Below, piece by piece: positions 50,437-59,149 of a DNA stretch of 64,000 bases. Below the pieces are notes generated by a model, which searched no databases, was not told where the DNA came from, and was given only the letters and a program-made list of their open reading frames with translations. The DNA is from Promethearchaeota archaeon (GTDB lineage: Archaea; Asgardarchaeota; Lokiarchaeia; Sigyniarchaeales; SOKP01): contig JAEOTS010000044.1 in NCBI GenBank assembly GCA_016839745.1, positions 30,286 through 94,285 on the forward strand, read 5' to 3'. The stretch's first letter is position 1. The number at the start of each line of letters is the position of its first letter. The position numbers were made by a program, and so were the translations under genes.

Positions 50437-51339
50437 ATGGAAAAGATCTTAATTGTAGGTCCGGCAAGTCAAATACTAGGAATTAGAATTGCTCAAGAGT
50501 TAAATATTAATTACTTTAATACTGAATCAAAAACATTCCCTGACGGAGAAAACTACCTCAGGATAAACTTAGATAATGAATCCTTGATTGAAGGGAAAGA
50601 AATTATAATAGTTCAATCAACAGGACCAAGTTCAAGTGGAAATCAAAACGCTCGTTTAATTGAGCTTCTCATGATGATCGATGCTGTCAAAAGGATGGGG
50701 GCTGAAAAAATCGTCGTTGTGATTCCTTATCTCGCATATGCTCGCCAAGATAAGATTTTTAGACCTGGAGAGTGTAAATTTGCTAATTTAGTGTTGTGTC
50801 TTATTGATTCTATGAGAGTAGACGAACTTTATGTGGTTGACGTACACGCTCCAAAAATCTTAGAAGAGGTTCAATGTAAATGGATTAACATTGATTCTAT
50901 GAAAATATTAGCCGACTATATTAAATCTTTAGATGTCAAAGAAATCGTAGTTGTGGCTCCAGATAAAGGCGCTGTTGAAAGATCAAAAGCATTTGCCAAA
51001 CATTTTGGAGAAGATGTGCCCGTAGATTACTTTGAAAAAGTAAGAGATGTAAAAACGGGAGAGATAACTATGTCTGGCAAATTAAGTTTAAAAAATAAAG
51101 ATGTAGTCGTTTCTGACGATATTATTGCTACGGGAGGAACAATGGCTAAAGCTATAAAACTCTCAAAAGAAAGTGGAGCTAATAGAGTATTTGCTGTCGC
51201 GACTCATGCTTTATTATTAGAAAATGCCAAGTTCAGAATTATCAAAGCAGGAGCTGATGAAATAATTGGCACTGATTCAATTGATAATGAAGCAAGTAAA
51301 GTTTCCTTAGCAAAAGCAATTGTAGATTACTTGAAATAG
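50437..51339 (+). CDS. prs: ribose-phosphate pyrophosphokinase
   Basis: FPDGE, PYLAYARQDK, DVH, APDKGA, DDIIATGGT. Confidence 0.96.
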   Translation: MEKILIVGPASQILGIRIAQELNINYFNTESKTFPDGENYLRINLDNESLIEGKEIIIVQSTGPSSSGNQNARLIELLMMIDAVKRMGAEKIVVVIPYLAYARQDKIFRPGECKFANLVLCLIDSMRVDELYVVDVHAPKILEEVQCKWINIDSMKILADYIKSLDVKEIVVVAPDKGAVERSKAFAKHFGEDVPVDYFEKVRDVKTGEITMSGKLSLKNKDVVVSDDIIATGGTMAKAIKLSKESGANRVFAVATHALLLENAKFRIIKAGADEIIGTDSIDNEASKVSLAKAIVDYLK

Positions 51340-51343
51340 GATT

Positions 51344-51886
51344 CTAATAATTCTTGATAATTTTTAAAATTAATTTTCTCGTAATTTTTTGAACTTTCTT
51401 TTTTGAGAGGTTATTATTTATCTTATAATTTGCATTATCAATTACATCATCTAAACCAAAGGCGATTTCGCGTTGGTCTCTTTCTCTTAGATCTTCAAAA
51501 GTGTTAGGATCATCTGGTCTTCCCCTATTCGAGAGTCTTTCAATTCTTACATTGTCATCAATTACTACTGCTACAATTGGAAATTTCCACGAGGTTCGAA
51601 AAGTCTTAACTTCGGCAATAGATCTCAAACCATCTATAAAAACAACCTCACTATCTAAATTTTTAATTAACGCTACGCATTTTTCAGCTATAATTTCTGG
51701 ACCGAATTTTTCTCGTAATTCTTGAGCAATTTTACCTAGATTTTCGTCTGTAGGTTCAATACCTCTTCCTTGCGCTTCGTTTCGTATTACATCACCCATC
51801 GTTATTATAACACCTAGATCCTTAATAGCTTTTAACACTGTTGATTTACCAGAACCTGGTAATCCACAGAAGCCAATAAGAATCAT
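51344..51886 (-). CDS. UPF0200 nucleotide kinase/dephospho-CoA kinase-like P-loop protein
   Basis: GLPGSGKST, MGDVIR, DGLRS, RGRPDD, RDQRE; start placed at ATG 51886 (51919 possible). Confidence 0.85.
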   Translation of the reverse strand: MILIGFCGLPGSGKSTVLKAIKDLGVIITMGDVIRNEAQGRGIEPTDENLGKIAQELREKFGPEIIAEKCVALIKNLDSEVVFIDGLRSIAEVKTFRTSWKFPIVAVVIDDNVRIERLSNRGRPDDPNTFEDLRERDQREIAFGLDDVIDNANYKINNNLSKKKVQKITRKLILKIIKNY

Positions 51887-52117
51887 TTTACGGGTAGAGT
51901 TTTCTCCAATCGGGCTCATAAGGGTGAGGATTCTCTTTATAAAATTCTTGGTTAGATGTGTAACAACTCTCGCAATATCATTGGAACTAAATCGTGAAGT
52001 GGTTTTAAAGTTAGATCTTTCTTATTAGTTAAAAAGATTGATAAATTTAAAAGTTTTAAATTTATCCAATAATATAGTTGAAACGATTAAGAATTTAGAA
52101 AATCATTTGATTATTTA

Positions 52118-53371
52118 ATGAACGGAAAAGAGAGTAACAGTAAAGAAGTGGAAAATAACAACCTTGATAATCGTCAAAACGAGAAGGAAGATTTAGAAGC
52201 TACAGCGTCAGATTCAGATGATTTTATTGAGATTTCGACTAAGGAACACTATATTCAGAAATTTGGAATTGATCCCGCCGAATCACCCATTTTTATATCA
52301 TATAACGCCTATAGGCGTATTGTTGGGTATGCTATGCGATATGGAAATGATGATCTACCACAAAGAAGTTGGCGAGAAGTCTACGGCATTCTAATAGGAT
52401 CGATAAAGGAAAATAAAGAAGTAATTATTAATGACGCGATCCCCGTAATGGTAGGAGGTAGAGCATATGTTGAATATAAAAGTAAGCATTACGTAGATAC
52501 TGCTCAATTTAACACTGCAATATATGAGAGAGCAGTCCAAGATAATAAAGAAGACTTCTTTGTAGGATGGTGGCATACGCATCCAGGTATCGGTTTTATT
52601 TTTTCGCCACGAGATATTGAAACTCAGTTGTTTTATCAAGGTGTAAATCCCTACGCAATTGCGGTAGTATTCGATCATTGTCAAAAAGGATCAAAATCTT
52701 ACTATCTTGGGATTGCTGGAATAAGGTTAAAAAATCCAGATCGGGGCATGTTTGCTACATATTCAAATGCTATTGAACTTAAATTCGAATTTGAAAAAGA
52801 AAAAATGGTTAAACAAGTCGAAAAAGACATAAAAGAGATTAATAAAAACATAGGAAATGCTTTGAAACAAATCAACTTTATTGATGAGGTATTGCGGAAA
52901 AAAGGCTTAGCTCAACTTCAAAGGAATTTCGGCCTCATAATGGTTTTAAAAAGAGATGTTAAAATTACTGAAGATGAATTAGAAGCTGAAGAGGATGATT
53001 ACTATTTGTATGAATGGGATCCTGAAATTGACAAAAAGATTTACAGAATTCCTAAATTTAGAGAAAAAATAGAAAAAGAAATAAAAAAATACGAAGAGAT
53101 TCTAATTAATCTGAAGAAAACCGATCAAACGACTGATTTTAAGAAAAAAAAAGCAAAATTTAGCAAAAAAATCAAGGAAATGTTGGTAAAACCAAATGAA
53201 TGGTATAAAAAAATAATAGGCGATTTTACTAAAAGCATTGAAATTATTTTTCCATTATTTGATTATTTAGATACAGACGAAAGAAAAATTATTGAACATT
53301 TTGAGGAAAGGAGCTCTGAATATCAAAAGATATTGGACGATCTCAATTCTCGTTCGGATTTTAACTTATGA
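52118..53371 (+). CDS. JAMM/MPN+ (Rpn11/CSN5-like) metalloprotease with C-terminal coiled coil
   Basis: EVYGILIG, GWWHTHPGIGFIFSPRD (E..HxH..S..D), AVVFD. Confidence 0.9.
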   Translation: MNGKESNSKEVENNNLDNRQNEKEDLEATASDSDDFIEISTKEHYIQKFGIDPAESPIFISYNAYRRIVGYAMRYGNDDLPQRSWREVYGILIGSIKENKEVIINDAIPVMVGGRAYVEYKSKHYVDTAQFNTAIYERAVQDNKEDFFVGWWHTHPGIGFIFSPRDIETQLFYQGVNPYAIAVVFDHCQKGSKSYYLGIAGIRLKNPDRGMFATYSNAIELKFEFEKEKMVKQVEKDIKEINKNIGNALKQINFIDEVLRKKGLAQLQRNFGLIMVLKRDVKITEDELEAEEDDYYLYEWDPEIDKKIYRIPKFREKIEKEIKKYEEILINLKKTDQTTDFKKKKAKFSKKIKEMLVKPNEWYKKIIGDFTKSIEIIFPLFDYLDTDERKIIEHFEERSSEYQKILDDLNSRSDFNL

Positions 53372-53558
53372 AATTCTAGATAAATTATAACACATAAGAA
53401 AAATTCATGGTTTTAATCAATAGATTATTAAAAGTACTGCTTTTTAATTACCGTGTTAATGAATGAATTTAAATAAATTTTATATTGCTTGGACAACTTT
53501 TATATTATAGTCTACTTTTAGATCAAACTTAGTAAACATATGGTAATGAGGTTCTTTC

Positions 53559-53882
53559 ATGCCTAACGATACAACACTTATAGTTAGAAATCGAACAGAT
53601 AGGGAAAAAACAATTAAAGATGCTATTTTTGCCTTTTCAGGGGGGACGAAATCATTATTAATAAAAGGTGAAGGAGAAGAGATTTCAACCGCTGTTGAAG
53701 TTGCTGAAATTTTAAAAAATCGCCTTTATCCTGGCGTAGAAATTGCTAATGTTTCACTAGGTAGTCGTCCTTATTTCGAAAGAAATCAACGTAGAAATTA
53801 TAGGAGAGACAATCAATCTAATAAAAACAAAAAAGATTTAATTTCTAATATCGAGATAACCATCTCTAAACCACAAATGTAA
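53559..53882 (+). CDS. Alba-family DNA/RNA-binding protein
   Basis: LIKGEGEEISTAVEVAEILKNR...VSLGS...ISNIEITI. Confidence 0.8.
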   Translation: MPNDTTLIVRNRTDREKTIKDAIFAFSGGTKSLLIKGEGEEISTAVEVAEILKNRLYPGVEIANVSLGSRPYFERNQRRNYRRDNQSNKNKKDLISNIEITISKPQM

Positions 53883-53891
53883 ACTTTATTT

Positions 53892-54059
53892 ATGACTTTT
53901 GATAATTTAGGCCCATTATTAGGCGAAACTAGGACAGTTGCGTTATGCCAAATATGTGGTGATTATATTTACAAACGAATTTACCAAGATGAGAATTCAA
54001 AAAACAGTGAAAAAACTGTCTTCGTATGTAAAAATTGTCTAAGAAACAACAAGAAATAA
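53892..54059 (+). CDS. 55-aa zinc-ribbon microprotein (not in ORF track)
   Basis: MTFDNLGPLLGETRTVALCQICGDYIYKRIYQDENSKNSEKTVFVCKNCLRNNKK; ATG 9 nt after the Alba stop. Confidence 0.8.
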   Translation: MTFDNLGPLLGETRTVALCQICGDYIYKRIYQDENSKNSEKTVFVCKNCLRNNKK

Positions 54060-54085
54060 TATTCACTTAGAATAAATTTATAGAA

Positions 54086-54901
54086 CTACAATTTGTTCTT
54101 CTCTCTTATGTTATTAAGATATTTTTCCCAATTAAAACTTAAAATAAATTGCATAATAGCTAGTGTAATAATTAGCATTAATGCTTCCGTTATTACACTC
54201 GAGACGTCGTCAACTTCGATCCCAGTAGCTCCAAATCCAAGCGATATCAATATAGGAAAAATCACATAGAAGACGGTGGTCACATTTTTTCCTAACCAAG
54301 CCCATAAAATACAGATAGGAAAGTTAATCTTTTTATCAGACATTCCTAAAGCGATCCATAACGGATCATCTGGTATAGGTAGAGCTGCTGCAATGAAAAT
54401 ATATATATGCATTGATTTTGGGTGATCTAGGACAAGTTTTCCAAATCCTTGGACATTGTTTAGCGTTCTTGATTGGGACTTACTTGCTACTTTTTTTGCT
54501 CCAATACCAATTAAGAATCCTACAAGTTCGCCTAAAGCACTTCCAAGTCCTCCAACAACTGCTAATACTAATATTTCTAACCAAAATGGACCATTTAATA
54601 GGATTTCGCCAAGATTTAATCCAATATTTGAATATCGGATAAAAATCGAATTAGAAAATGAGAAAAGAACAAATGGATAGGGTATTGGAAAGCCTACACT
54701 AGCATTTCCTAAAAGACAAATAAAAAACGCTACTAAAAGTGCGATAAAGTAGTTGGAACCTTCTGTATCACCTGCTATATTTTGTCTTGATTGAATTATT
54801 ACATTTTGAATAGCAGGAACTGTTAGAAATAAAATTAAGTATATTATAACTCCTAAGTAGAAAAAGGTAAAAACTACGGTCAATTTATTAGAGATAGCCA
54901 T
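54086..54901 (-). CDS. VTT/DedA-domain membrane protein (VMP1/TMEM41-like)
   Basis: FPIP, GLGSALGELVGFLIG, AAALPIPDD, GK motifs. Confidence 0.8.
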   Translation of the reverse strand: MAISNKLTVVFTFFYLGVIIYLILFLTVPAIQNVIIQSRQNIAGDTEGSNYFIALLVAFFICLLGNASVGFPIPYPFVLFSFSNSIFIRYSNIGLNLGEILLNGPFWLEILVLAVVGGLGSALGELVGFLIGIGAKKVASKSQSRTLNNVQGFGKLVLDHPKSMHIYIFIAAALPIPDDPLWIALGMSDKKINFPICILWAWLGKNVTTVFYVIFPILISLGFGATGIEVDDVSSVITEALMLIITLAIMQFILSFNWEKYLNNIREKNKL

Positions 54902-54929
54902 AATTATCTTCTTAAGCTCTCATTAATTA

Positions 54930-55307
54930 CTATTTTGCTTTATAAATTTTAGTGTTCAAGCCATTCGTAGCTTTTAGTAATATTTCTAGGTTATCAGATA
55001 CTAAACCTATTTTATTTACTTTATTAGGCATTTCAGTATTTTCCAGAAGTATAAGCAATTCATCAGTTTTAGGATTATAAATAATATCTCCTTTCTCAAC
55101 GCTTTTAACTGATTTTGGATTATATCCTTTATAAATTTCAATACCGGGAAGCGTCCAATAAGTTTTTGAGCCAAAACTAAATCGACCTCGTAAAATTATA
55201 GGTAATTTATCAACGATTGCGTCTGTGGATAATGGTGCGATGTGTCGTAGTAATTCACCATTAATAATTCCTATTCCGAAGAGATCTATCTTTATTCTTA
55301 CGGACAT
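54930..55307 (-). CDS. cyclophilin-like fold protein (DUF369-like)
   Basis: RHIAPLSTDAIVDKLP, VEKGDIIYNP, VNKIG. Confidence 0.7.
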   Translation of the reverse strand: MSVRIKIDLFGIGIINGELLRHIAPLSTDAIVDKLPIILRGRFSFGSKTYWTLPGIEIYKGYNPKSVKSVEKGDIIYNPKTDELLILLENTEMPNKVNKIGLVSDNLEILLKATNGLNTKIYKAK

Positions 55308-55421
55308 TTTCTTTTAAAATTGCACTTTCTTATTTAAATTTCATTTTGAGTAATAATATTAGAATCTATTAAACTTTCTCCTATTAATGGAGTGGATATA
55401 TTTCATAAATTAATAATTAAA

Positions 55422-55429
55422 TTTAAATA
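55422..55429 (+). promoter_or_regulatory. TATA box of the candidate ncRNA
   Basis: TTTAAATA ending about 23 nt upstream of the 5' strand of the terminal helix (55452). Confidence 0.55.
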
Positions 55430-55451
55430 GATGATTATGTATATGTCATAT

Positions 55452-55950
55452 TGGACAATAGTATAAATCATTGGATTATAATACAGAATTACAATTTAAA
55501 CAACGAGCTTGTTGTTGCAAAATTGATAAATGATTCTTAAGTTCTGGAGTTTTTTTCTTCAAACCAGAGTTAATACTTACGCCTTGATTACCATTCGGTT
55601 TTATTTAATTATGTTCTTATAGTGTTGTATCCTAAATTACAGGCAAGATTGATATTTGTTTAGGAGATTACTATTATTTATTACGCTGGAGCAATAATTT
55701 TGTAAAGAGAAGCAATTTAGTTAAAATTGACATGAAATAAAGTATAAATTGGAACATATTTGCTTGAACTCTTGTTGAATTTAGCAGTTTTTTTCGCTTG
55801 CTACACGAGACATTCAAACTTTATATGTCTTTAAAATAAAATTATTAGCCTCCTCAATAGAGCTTTGATCCAGATACGATTCATTGGAGTAAGAGATTGA
55901 TTTCCTTTGAAACATGTTTTCTGAGATAATCGGAGCTACTATTGTCCACC
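55452..55950 (+). ncRNA. candidate large structured non-coding RNA (~500 nt), family not recognised
   Basis: Perfect 12-bp terminal helix TGGACAATAGTA/TACTATTGTCCA, many nested helices with G-U pairs on the + strand, upstream TATA, downstream T11, no long ORF. Confidence 0.7.
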
Positions 55951-56820
55951 TTTTTTTTTTTCGTTCAGAATTTTAAAGTCTAGAGGAGTATCAATGTCAT
56001 AGAAATTATTCTCTGGACTAACCGATACGGCAAAAAAATGCTTTTCTCTCTCGAGCATTAAGTTTACTACTTCGCGAATAGTACGAAATTTGACTGAGCT
56101 AGCGAGATCTTTAATTGCTTTAACATATGCGTTGTTAAATATAAAAATGGGAATAACCTGTTTAATCACTTCTTGATTAGAAATGGAACTCAATTTTTCT
56201 TGAGAAATCTCTTTAACAATCGCTTTTGAGTCCTTTTCTTCAATTCTTAAATAAGAGATACTTTTTTCATATTTAGGGTAGTATTTTTCATACTTTTTTT
56301 TTAACATATCGGTTCTTATCTTCCTATAAAATATAATTGAATTATTGATAACTAACGAGTAGTTCTCTAATAAAAGGTTTAGAATTTCTTGAATTAGATT
56401 GAAATCAAAAACAGTATCTCCTGGAAAAACCATAAATAACTTATCTTCTTTAAAGATCTGATTATTTTTTGTAATACTTAAAAATGAAAATAGAGGACCT
56501 AATTTGTAATCATCTCCAGAACTATGAATAATGATAGAATCTTCACCATACTGGTTTTTTAATTGAGGAGAGTTTACAAAATCTGCAATTTGTTCCCCTA
56601 AATGTCCCGTTACCACAACGATTGGATCCAGCTTTAAACTTATTAAGTTAGAAATAATTAAAGAAAGAATAGATTGATTATTTAAAGATTCAACTTTAAC
56701 AAGCGGTTTTGGAATGTTTTTAGAGATATTTCTAGCGCGTGCACCTTCACCAGCACATAATATGACACTTGTGATTTTTTCCTTAAATTTATTCTTGCGT
56801 TGTAACAATAGGATTTCCAT
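55939..56820 (-). CDS. nucleotidyltransferase family protein (start uncertain)
   Basis: ILCAGEGARA..IPKPL, VTGH, PGD, YDIDT. Confidence 0.85.
   Translation of the reverse strand: MEILLLQRKNKFKEKITSVILCAGEGARARNISKNIPKPLVKVESLNNQSILSLIISNLISLKLDPIVVVTGHLGEQIADFVNSPQLKNQYGEDSIIIHSSGDDYKLGPLFSFLSITKNNQIFKEDKLFMVFPGDTVFDFNLIQEILNLLLENYSLVINNSIIFYRKIRTDMLKKKYEKYYPKYEKSISYLRIEEKDSKAIVKEISQEKLSSISNQEVIKQVIPIFIFNNAYVKAIKDLASSVKFRTIREVVNLMLEREKHFFAVSVSPENNFYDIDTPLDFKILNEKKKGGQ
55951..55961 (+). terminator. oligo(T) archaeal terminator
   Basis: T11 run immediately after the terminal helix + CC. Confidence 0.6.
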
Positions 56821-57706
56821 CCATATCGATTATGATTGTATGTTCCTGTTGCGCAACTGGGGCTCCAGTTATCTCTATTAATATAGGATAATGATCGAGG
56901 ATTTGTTTTCGCTTAAATGTATCAATTATCCTTTGTATTTTGTTTTTCGGAATAATGTTATTTTTTTCTAATAATCGTGGTGAAAAAGGTAGGTTTTTGG
57001 TTAAATCTTCTATTTTCTTCATATAGCTAATTTCTTCGTAGGGTAAATTCTTTTTTACTCTCTTAACAAAGCGGTAAATATAAGACATTTTGCCGTTGGT
57101 GACTAAACCTTTACCTGAAGTAGCAAATGGCTCACAAGCGTAGGCGTCCCCCGGTTTTAATACTTCATTATGACTTTTATCCTTTACATTAGGAATAAAT
57201 GGACCGGCATGCAGTTTAAATTGTTTTAATTCATGGCCTCCAAGATTACTAATTGGATTTAATCCATGGTTATGAATTTTATCTGCGATCACTTCGCCTA
57301 ATTCATACAACTTAGTACCAGGTTTAAAAATTTCGATCGCCGCATCAAGCGCCTCTTGGGCCGCATCTATGTAATTTTGAAGCTTTGGATCGCTATTAAT
57401 ATTAAAAGTAATTGCTGAATCAGCAATATATCCGTTAAAATGAGAGCCTAAATCAATTTTCAACAGTCCTTTATCAGGAACCACAGTAGGATCGTCGATA
57501 GTAGGACTATAATGAGCAGCATGCTCGTTTAACGACATATTAATTGGAAATGATAATTCGCATCCTTGATTTAATATTTCTTCTTCGCACTTATTGGCAA
57601 TTTCTAAAAAGGATGCTCTTGGTTTTATGAGTTTTTCAGCTAGCTTCTTAGCGGCTATAACTGCTTTTCCAGCGCTTAAATAAGACTCAATCCATTCTTC
57701 TGACAT
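56789..57706 (-). CDS. map: methionine aminopeptidase type II
   Basis: FPIN, AAHYSP, KIDLGSH, IADSA, NLGGH, CEPF, QQEHT. Confidence 0.96.
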   Translation of the reverse strand: MSEEWIESYLSAGKAVIAAKKLAEKLIKPRASFLEIANKCEEEILNQGCELSFPINMSLNEHAAHYSPTIDDPTVVPDKGLLKIDLGSHFNGYIADSAITFNINSDPKLQNYIDAAQEALDAAIEIFKPGTKLYELGEVIADKIHNHGLNPISNLGGHELKQFKLHAGPFIPNVKDKSHNEVLKPGDAYACEPFATSGKGLVTNGKMSYIYRFVKRVKKNLPYEEISYMKKIEDLTKNLPFSPRLLEKNNIIPKNKIQRIIDTFKRKQILDHYPILIEITGAPVAQQEHTIIIDMDGNPIVTTQE

Positions 57707-57737
57707 AATTATTCAAAAAATTACATTTGTTAATTGT

Positions 57738-59060
57738 TTAAGGTGTTAATCGTTCGGGTGTTCTTGGATACATCACTGCTTCTCGAATGTCATCTAGACC
57801 GCAAATGTATGTTATCCAACGGGCAATTCCTAATCCAAATCCTGCGTGAGGAGGCATCCCAAAATCAAATGCAATAAGGTGGGAGTCAAAAGAAGAAGCA
57901 TTCAAACCTTTGTTTTCTATGGCTTCTTCTAATTGTGCTCTATTATGAACTCGAGTGCCTCCAGATGTTAATTCGAGCCACCCCATTTGAAGATCAAACG
58001 ATTCACTATACTTAACATCTTTTGATGGTTGAATATAAAAAGGTTTTATTGTCATTGGCCAATGAGTTATGTAGTAGTATCCAGTTAATTCTTCTCCTAA
58101 TTTCCTATACGCTTCTGTCGAGATATCTTCTCCCCATTCAACAGAAATTTTGTATTTTTTTTCCAGTAATTCAAGAATTTCATCGTACCTATAGCGTGGA
58201 AGGGGTAATTCTGGAACGAGTGTTTTATCTTCCATGTTAAGAATTTTTAGAGCAGCCATGTTATTTCCTCTAATATTCGTTATTACGTTATGAACTAATT
58301 CCTCTAGTATTTTCAGAACATCATACATATTAACGAAGCTCATCTCTACATCCAATGTAAAAATCTCGCAGATGTGCCTTTTTGTGTGACTCTTTTCCGC
58401 TCTGAAAGCAGGGCTTATCTCAAATACCCTTTCATATACTCCACTTAATTGTTCTTTATACAATTGAGCAGATTGAACTAAGAATGCCTCTCTATCAAAA
58501 TACATAATAGGAAATAACTCAGTACCACCTTCTGTCGCGGAACCTATTATTTTTGGGGTTGTAATTTCAGTAAAATCTTGTTCACGTAAAAAACTCCTAG
58601 CTGATTTTAAGACTTGGCCACGAATCTCAAAAATTGCTTGATTTCTTAAGGATCGTAGATCCAAAGCCCTATTATTTAGCCTAAGATCAAGTTCTGATAT
58701 AGTTTCTCCAGTCATATCAATAGGAAGCTTTTCCGGGGTTCTATTCAATATTTTTATTTCTGACGGTATAATTTCAATTCCGCCTGGTGCCGTTTTAAAT
58801 TCTTTTACTTTTCCTTTTATCATTAAGCAGTATTGGTATCCTAGTTTTGCTTTTTCAAATAACTCATCGGATACAACTCCTTTTTTCAAAGTAATCTGCC
58901 GTTCTCCATATTTATCTTGCAAGCTTATAAACTTCAGACCGCCTAAATCTCGGAAATTTCTTACCCATCCACCTAGAATTACCTCTTGATCGCGTAATTC
59001 GGGGGTAACATCTCTGGTATAATGAGTTTTCCTCCATCCATCTAATTCATCAAAAGACAT
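57738..59060 (-). CDS. aspS: aspartyl-tRNA synthetase, archaeal, probably non-discriminating
   Basis: RDLGGL, ATEGG, QSAQLYK, FRAE, GMPPHAGFGLG, YPR; Pro in the APGG anticodon loop. Confidence 0.95.
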   Translation of the reverse strand: MSFDELDGWRKTHYTRDVTPELRDQEVILGGWVRNFRDLGGLKFISLQDKYGERQITLKKGVVSDELFEKAKLGYQYCLMIKGKVKEFKTAPGGIEIIPSEIKILNRTPEKLPIDMTGETISELDLRLNNRALDLRSLRNQAIFEIRGQVLKSARSFLREQDFTEITTPKIIGSATEGGTELFPIMYFDREAFLVQSAQLYKEQLSGVYERVFEISPAFRAEKSHTKRHICEIFTLDVEMSFVNMYDVLKILEELVHNVITNIRGNNMAALKILNMEDKTLVPELPLPRYRYDEILELLEKKYKISVEWGEDISTEAYRKLGEELTGYYYITHWPMTIKPFYIQPSKDVKYSESFDLQMGWLELTSGGTRVHNRAQLEEAIENKGLNASSFDSHLIAFDFGMPPHAGFGLGIARWITYICGLDDIREAVMYPRTPERLTP

Positions 59061-59149
59061 AGTAACCTTCTAATTTCATATTTTTATTTAAATTAAATTT
59101 GTAAAGGAAATTAAGAATAAATTTTTTGTCATCTTATAGTCGATTAATA

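Noticed and set aside
51890-52000. Slightly GC-richer segment with a tRNA-Met-like TCGGGCTCATAA word and short hairpins
   Set aside because: No cloverleaf or T arm. It may simply be the 5' extension or UTR of the kinase gene, and the pairings are too weak to call.
55573-55703. U1 snRNA look-alike inside the candidate RNA: ATACTTAC at 55573 and an Sm-site-like ATAATTTTGT about 122 nt later
   Set aside because: These are short AT-rich words. The match breaks before CTG, is not at the predicted 5' end, the Sm-like site is partly buried in a predicted helix, and the U1 stem-loops do not form. Most likely chance.
55850-55941. SECIS/PYLIS-like hairpin after the TAG TAG stop of the nucleotidyltransferase
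   Set aside because: The hairpin pairs better on the opposite strand, and no in-frame TGA/TAG at a catalytic position was seen in the upstream genes.
55452-55948. MITE interpretation of the 12-bp terminal inverted repeat
   Set aside because: No target-site duplication, no second copy or transposase in the window. TATA spacing, the T11 run and strand-biased G-U pairs fit a transcript better.
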